From: Minisyncoccota bacterium
Lineage (GTDB): Bacteria; Patescibacteriota; Minisyncoccia; JBAYJV01
Length of the DNA stretch: 64,000 nucleotides
NCBI GenBank assembly: GCA_041664925.1
Contig: JBAYJV010000004.1
Span: forward strand, 26,998-90,997
Direction: 5' to 3'
Both the position numbers and the translations under genes were made by a program. This document shows, piece by piece, positions 60,389 to 64,000 of the stretch (positions are counted from its first letter, which is position 1; the number at the start of each line of letters is the position of its first letter). The notes under the pieces were generated by a model. That model was given only the letters and a program-made list of their open reading frames with translations. It made no database searches and had not been told where the DNA came from.

Positions 60389-60479
60389 GGAAGGGTGGCT
60401 GAGAGGCTGAAAGCAACGGTTTGCTAAACCGTTAACTGCCTTTATAAGCGGTTCGAGGGTTCGAATCCCTCCCCTTCCG
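60389..60479 (+). tRNA. tRNA-Ser (anticodon GCT)
   Basis: Acceptor GGAAGGG/CCCTTCC, anticodon stem ACGGT/ACCGT, loop TTGCTAA, long variable arm and GGTTCGAATCC. GC-rich hairpins follow at 60482-60560. Confidence 0.85.
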
Positions 60480-60624
60480 CCTTCGCCCGCCATAGCGGGC
60501 TTCGGCGGACGATGTCCGCAGAAGAACGCGACGGCGGGATTCGCCTATTTGAGAAATATTTAAAATCTGGTTCAGGTCGAGATTTTGCAAATAAACACCT
60601 AATTTAAATTCACCTTATTTAACC

Positions 60625-61089
60625 ATGCCCAAATCTCTTTTTTCTTGGAAGGCTCATGAATTTGAACAGCAAAAAAAAGGACCAATGTGGTTTGTCGTCT
60701 TCGCCTTAATTGCTTTGGGTCTGATTTTTCTTGCTTTTTGGTGGAAAGCTTTTACGATGATGGTTTTTCTTATCTTGGCCGTTTTTTTGATTATTATTTA
60801 TGCTTTAAAAGAACCGCGTACTGTTAATTTTTCCATAACACCATTAGGAGTGGATATAGACAATGTATTGTATAAATATTCAGATATGAGCTCTTTCTGG
60901 ATTTTTTATGAACCTCCTGAAATAAAAGAATTAAATATTAAACTGACTAGAGGGTTTTTCCCTCATCTATCTATTCCTCTTGGAAAAACTGATCCCAATG
61001 ATATAAGGAGAATTTTACTTGAATATATTCCAGAGAAAAAAGAAAAATTATCGGTAGCCGATGGTATTGCAAGAAAACTTAGGTTCTAA
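60625..61089 (+). CDS. Hypothetical membrane protein (2 TM)
   Basis: A 154-aa ORF. No family could be recognised. Confidence 0.4.
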   Translation: MPKSLFSWKAHEFEQQKKGPMWFVVFALIALGLIFLAFWWKAFTMMVFLILAVFLIIIYALKEPRTVNFSITPLGVDIDNVLYKYSDMSSFWIFYEPPEIKELNIKLTRGFFPHLSIPLGKTDPNDIRRILLEYIPEKKEKLSVADGIARKLRF

Positions 61090-61222
61090 GCACGAAATCC
61101 TAATATCGAAATCCGAAACAATATTAAAATTAAAAAAATATGAAATTAAAAACAGTTTCGACCTACGCTTATTAGCAAATAGGTGTTTCGAATTTCGTGC
61201 TTCGAGTTTCGAATTTAATCGG
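61090..61222. repeat. MITE-like AT-rich repeat (family copy) with terminal inverted repeats gcacgaaat...atttcgtgc
   Basis: Left end 'gcacgaaatcctaatatcgaaatccgaaacaatatt' and right end 'ggtgtttcgaatttcgtgcttcgagtttcgaattt'. It abuts tRNA-Arg. Confidence 0.55.
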
Positions 61223-61223
61223 T

Positions 61224-61297
61224 GTCCCCATAGCTCAATTGGATAGAGCGTCAGCTTGCGGAGCTGAAGGTTGGAAGTTCAAGCCTTCCTGGGGACG
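61224..61297 (+). tRNA. tRNA-Arg (anticodon GCG)
   Basis: GTCCCCATAGCTCAATTGGATAGAGC, anticodon stem TCAGC/GCTGA, loop TTGCGGA (G37), GGAAGTTCAAGCCTTCC, discriminator G. Confidence 0.7.
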
Positions 61298-61313
61298 CAT
61301 ATAAAAAGGCATT

Positions 61314-63491
61314 ATGAAGCCGAACACTCCAATATCTGAACTTTCTTTCGTTGGTCCCAAAAACGAAAAACGCCTCAAAAACATAGGCATTCAAAATTTG
61401 CGGGACCTTCTTTTTTATTTTCCAAGAACATACGAAGATTTTTCAAATCCAACGCCTATTTTGAAAGCCCAAGAAAACGAAAGAAATGTTTTTAAAGCTC
61501 GGGTTCTTTCTATTAAAGTCAGGCGTACCCCAAGAAAAAAAATGTTTATTACTGAGGCAATTATTGATGACAGCACAGGTGCCCTGTCTGTTGTTTGGTT
61601 TAATCAATTATTCATTGCAAATCAGCTGAAAGAAGGTTTTGTTGCCAATTTTATTGGCACCGTAAAGCGCGGCCCCAAGGGATTGGTTTTATCAAGTCCA
61701 ACATTTGAAATTGTTTCGCGAAATGACGATGAGAACATATCGAAAAAAGATAAGATTCACAGTGAAAGAATTGTGCCTATTTATCGAGAAAGTTACAGTA
61801 TGACTTCCAGGAATTTACGTTTTCTTATTTGGTCAAATTTAAAAAATATTAAAGAAATTAAAGATTTTTTACCGGAAGAAATAAGAAAAAAACATAGATT
61901 TGTTTCTTTGAAGCAAGCGCTGTTTGAAATTCATTTTCCTAAAAATTTCCGAAATCTTGAAAAATCAAAAAAAAGACTTGCTTTTGATGAATTGTTTATA
62001 ATCAGAATGTATCTTGAAAGAAGGCGCCTATTAAGAGAAAAAAAAGATAAATCTTACAAAATATCTTTTAATGAAAACCTTGTAAAGTCATTCGTTAAAA
62101 ACTTACCTTTCAAGCTGACAGAAGATCAAAAAAAGACTGCTTGGCAGATTATTAAGGATATTGAAAAGCCCTATCCGATGGAGAGATTGCTTGAAGGAGA
62201 TGTTGGTTCTGGAAAAACAATTGTCGCTGCCATTGCCAGCCTGAGTGTTATTTATGCGGGTTTTCAAGTAGCTATTATGGCGCCCACCGAAGTTCTTGCT
62301 CGTCAGCATTTTAATCAATTAAGTAAAGACCTGATAAATATTGATGTTGATTTGGCACTACTCGTAGGTTCAGATGCCATGATCTCTCAGAAGAAAAAAA
62401 ATTCTCCCAAGAAAATTAAAAAAAGCCTACTTCTGGAAAAAATAAAAGAGGGAAAAATTGGCTTAGTGATCGGCACTCATGCTTTAATTCAAAAAAATGT
62501 TTTCTTCAAAAATTTGGCTTTTGTTGTTATTGACGAACAGCACCGTTTCGGCGTTGAGCAACGAGCCACTCTATTGAATATGGGATCTGGATTTAAGAAT
62601 CAAGAAAAAGATTTTAATCCTATTCAAAATTCAAAATTCAAAATTCAAAATTCCACAAACTTGTCATATCCGCATCTATTGACTATGTCTGCTACGCCCA
62701 TCCCAAGAACTTTATCTCTTGTTTTTTATGGTGATTTAAAAATTTCTCAGATTCAGAAAATGCCAATTGGAAGAAAAAAGATTATGACCCAAGTTATCTT
62801 GCCAAAAGAAAGGCCTCTGATTTACGAATTCATAAGAAAAGAAGTCGCCAAAGGAAGACAGGTTTTTATCATCTGCCCGTTAATTGAAGAATCGGAAAAA
62901 CTGCAAGTCAGAGCCGTTGAAAAAGAGTTTGAGCGCCTTTCTCAAGAAACTTTTTCTGATCTTAAATTATCTCTTTTGCATGGTCGGATGAAATCTTCTG
63001 AAAAAAAACAGGTTATGGAAGATTTTCAATCAAAAAAAACTGACATTTTGGTATCAACGCCTGTTATCGAAGTTGGTATTGATATTCCAAATGCCTCAAT
63101 TATGATGATTGAGGGTGCTGAACGATTCGGTTTGGCTCAGCTTCACCAATTGCGCGGCCGTGTTGGAAGAGGACCTCATCAATCATACTGTTTTTTACTT
63201 ACCGATGTGCCAAATAAAAACAACCTCTCTCGTCTTAATCTAATCACCCATATTGAAAATGGTTTTAAGTTGGCGGAAAAAGATCTCCAAATGAGAGGAC
63301 CAGGAGATTTTATTGGTTATCGCCAATCAGGACTACCCGACCTTGTTATGGCTTCTCTTTCTGATATTGAATTAATAAAAATAGCCAAGGAAGAAGCCGA
63401 AAAAATCTTAGAAAAAGATCCTAATTTAGAAAAATATCCCCTTTTACAAAAGAAGATAAAATTGCTTGAAGAAAAAATTCACCTTGAATAA
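61314..63491 (+). CDS. recG: ATP-dependent DNA helicase RecG (with a low-complexity insertion between helicase motifs II and III)
   Basis: Wedge/OB N-domain, 'DVGSGKT', 'DEQHRFGV', 'MSATPIPRT', 'QLHQLRGRVGR'. An insert 'SGFKNQEKDFNPIQNSKFKIQNST' is encoded partly by 4x 'caaaatt'. Confidence 0.85.
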   Translation: MKPNTPISELSFVGPKNEKRLKNIGIQNLRDLLFYFPRTYEDFSNPTPILKAQENERNVFKARVLSIKVRRTPRKKMFITEAIIDDSTGALSVVWFNQLFIANQLKEGFVANFIGTVKRGPKGLVLSSPTFEIVSRNDDENISKKDKIHSERIVPIYRESYSMTSRNLRFLIWSNLKNIKEIKDFLPEEIRKKHRFVSLKQALFEIHFPKNFRNLEKSKKRLAFDELFIIRMYLERRRLLREKKDKSYKISFNENLVKSFVKNLPFKLTEDQKKTAWQIIKDIEKPYPMERLLEGDVGSGKTIVAAIASLSVIYAGFQVAIMAPTEVLARQHFNQLSKDLINIDVDLALLVGSDAMISQKKKNSPKKIKKSLLLEKIKEGKIGLVIGTHALIQKNVFFKNLAFVVIDEQHRFGVEQRATLLNMGSGFKNQEKDFNPIQNSKFKIQNSTNLSYPHLLTMSATPIPRTLSLVFYGDLKISQIQKMPIGRKKIMTQVILPKERPLIYEFIRKEVAKGRQVFIICPLIEESEKLQVRAVEKEFERLSQETFSDLKLSLLHGRMKSSEKKQVMEDFQSKKTDILVSTPVIEVGIDIPNASIMMIEGAERFGLAQLHQLRGRVGRGPHQSYCFLLTDVPNKNNLSRLNLITHIENGFKLAEKDLQMRGPGDFIGYRQSGLPDLVMASLSDIELIKIAKEEAEKILEKDPNLEKYPLLQKKIKLLEEKIHLE

Positions 63492-63660
63492 TTAAATCCG
63501 AAATCCTAATTTCCCTGACTGCCGTCAGGCAGGGAAATTCGAAACAATATCTAATTTTCAAAATCCTAAATTTAAAACCGTTTTGAATTTAAAATGTTTT
63601 CTTAATTTAAATATTGTTTCGGATTTCAGATTTCGATATTCGAATTTAATAACATGTTTT
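63492..63660. repeat. MITE-like AT-rich repeat (family copy) with TIRs and an internal imperfect GC-rich palindrome (63513-63534)
   Basis: 'aaatccgaaatcctaatttCCCTGACTGCCGTCAGGCAGGGaaattcgaaacaatatctaatttt...tgtttcggatttcagatttcgatattcgaattt'. The ends are inverted copies of each other. Confidence 0.6.
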
Positions 63661-64000
63661 CCTTATTTAAATCACCAATTTGGCTTATTAATTTGATCGT
63701 TTTTTTGTTGCCAATATATCTTTTAAAGATAAAAGTTGGTATTTTTTCGACAAATTTTCTTGAATTACTCATTCTTATTCTTTTAATTATGCAATTACCA
63801 AAAATAAATTTTCGTAAATTAGGCCAATACGTAAAATCAAATAAACTATTATCAATAGGAGTTGGGCTATTATTGACAGGCACTTTTGTTTCCACATTGG
63901 TTTCAGATAATTTAATAGCTAGCTTAGGGATTTTAAAAAGTTGGTTTATTATTCCCCTTATTTTTGCTTTAATTATCATCAATCAAGATTCTGAGATTCT
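63655..64000 (+). CDS. Polytopic membrane protein, 3'-truncated by the window end (hypothetical; O-antigen-ligase/polymerase-like hydrophobic profile)
   Basis: An ATG at 63655 opens a frame with no stop to the window end. The product is strongly hydrophobic with multi-TM character. It is preferred over the overlapping minus-strand ORF 63626-63982. Confidence 0.35.

Noticed and set aside
63626-63982. Minus-strand 118-aa ORF from the track
   Set aside because: It overlaps a longer plus-strand open frame (63655 to window end) encoding a coherent polytopic membrane protein. The minus ORF has a low-complexity Lys/Ile-rich composition typical of antisense AT-rich frames.

Overview
This is an AT-rich (about 30% GC) bacterial window with a small-genome, CPR/Patescibacteria-like character. 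The pointers are a truncated IF-2, 16S and 23S genes that are not linked, and type IV pilus, ComF and secreted-adhesin genes. Taxonomy is inference only. Almost all genes lie on the minus strand.

The main blocks are:
- **1-5.7 kb:** uvrC (partial), secG, a family-5 substrate-binding protein, a SIS-type PGI/PMI and RNase J.
- **5.7-6.4 kb:** a tRNA array (two tRNA-Leu and tRNA-Cys) with an unusual split or nested tRNA-Cys arrangement.
- **6.4-8.3 kb:** rbfA and infB, followed by tRNA-Ser and tRNA-Lys.
- **9-21.9 kb:** L27, L9, CtpA, an LCP protein, a large amidase/SpoIID protein, a partial dcw cluster (mraZ, rsmH, ftsL, ftsI, a Mur ligase, murC) and a TagA-like glycosyltransferase.
- **22-24.7 kb:** an S51 peptidase (PepE-like), tRNA-Val, uppS and a hypothetical membrane protein.
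- **24.7-37.4 kb:** a dismembered rRNA locus. The 5S and 23S genes (24.8-28.0 kb) have their own promoter. The 16S gene (35.75-37.34 kb) has a separate promoter. About 7.7 kb of protein-coding DNA lies between them. That insert holds a membrane protein, tRNA-Ala, two GT4 glycosyltransferases, a small hypothetical, tRNA-Ile, a TrmB-like regulator, and a pair of GTG-initiated paralogous small ORFs on the plus strand.
- **37.5-41.3 kb:** gatA, gatC and ligA.
- **41.3-59.1 kb:** a long co-directional type IV pilus and adhesin cluster. It holds three prepilin-type proteins, pilD, pilA, pilC, pilT, a CheY-like receiver, pilB and pilO/N/M. Six secreted or membrane proteins follow, including a PKD-domain protein and a 742-aa Cys-rich protein with a clear disintegrin-like motif.
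- **59.3-64 kb:** comF, a GIY-YIG nuclease ORF placed between a palindrome-disrupted 5' fragment of tRNA-Ser and an intact tRNA-Ser, then tRNA-Arg, recG and a partial membrane-protein ORF.

Repeats are common. A perfect 20-bp GC-rich palindrome (CCTGCCTGCCGGCAGGCAGG) and related hairpins recur, usually next to tRNA genes. A MITE-like AT-rich element family with 'cgaaat' terminal inverted repeats has three copies. Several in-frame heptanucleotide or 23-bp tandem repeats sit in or next to pilus genes. Gene 5' ends are tandemly duplicated at two loci.
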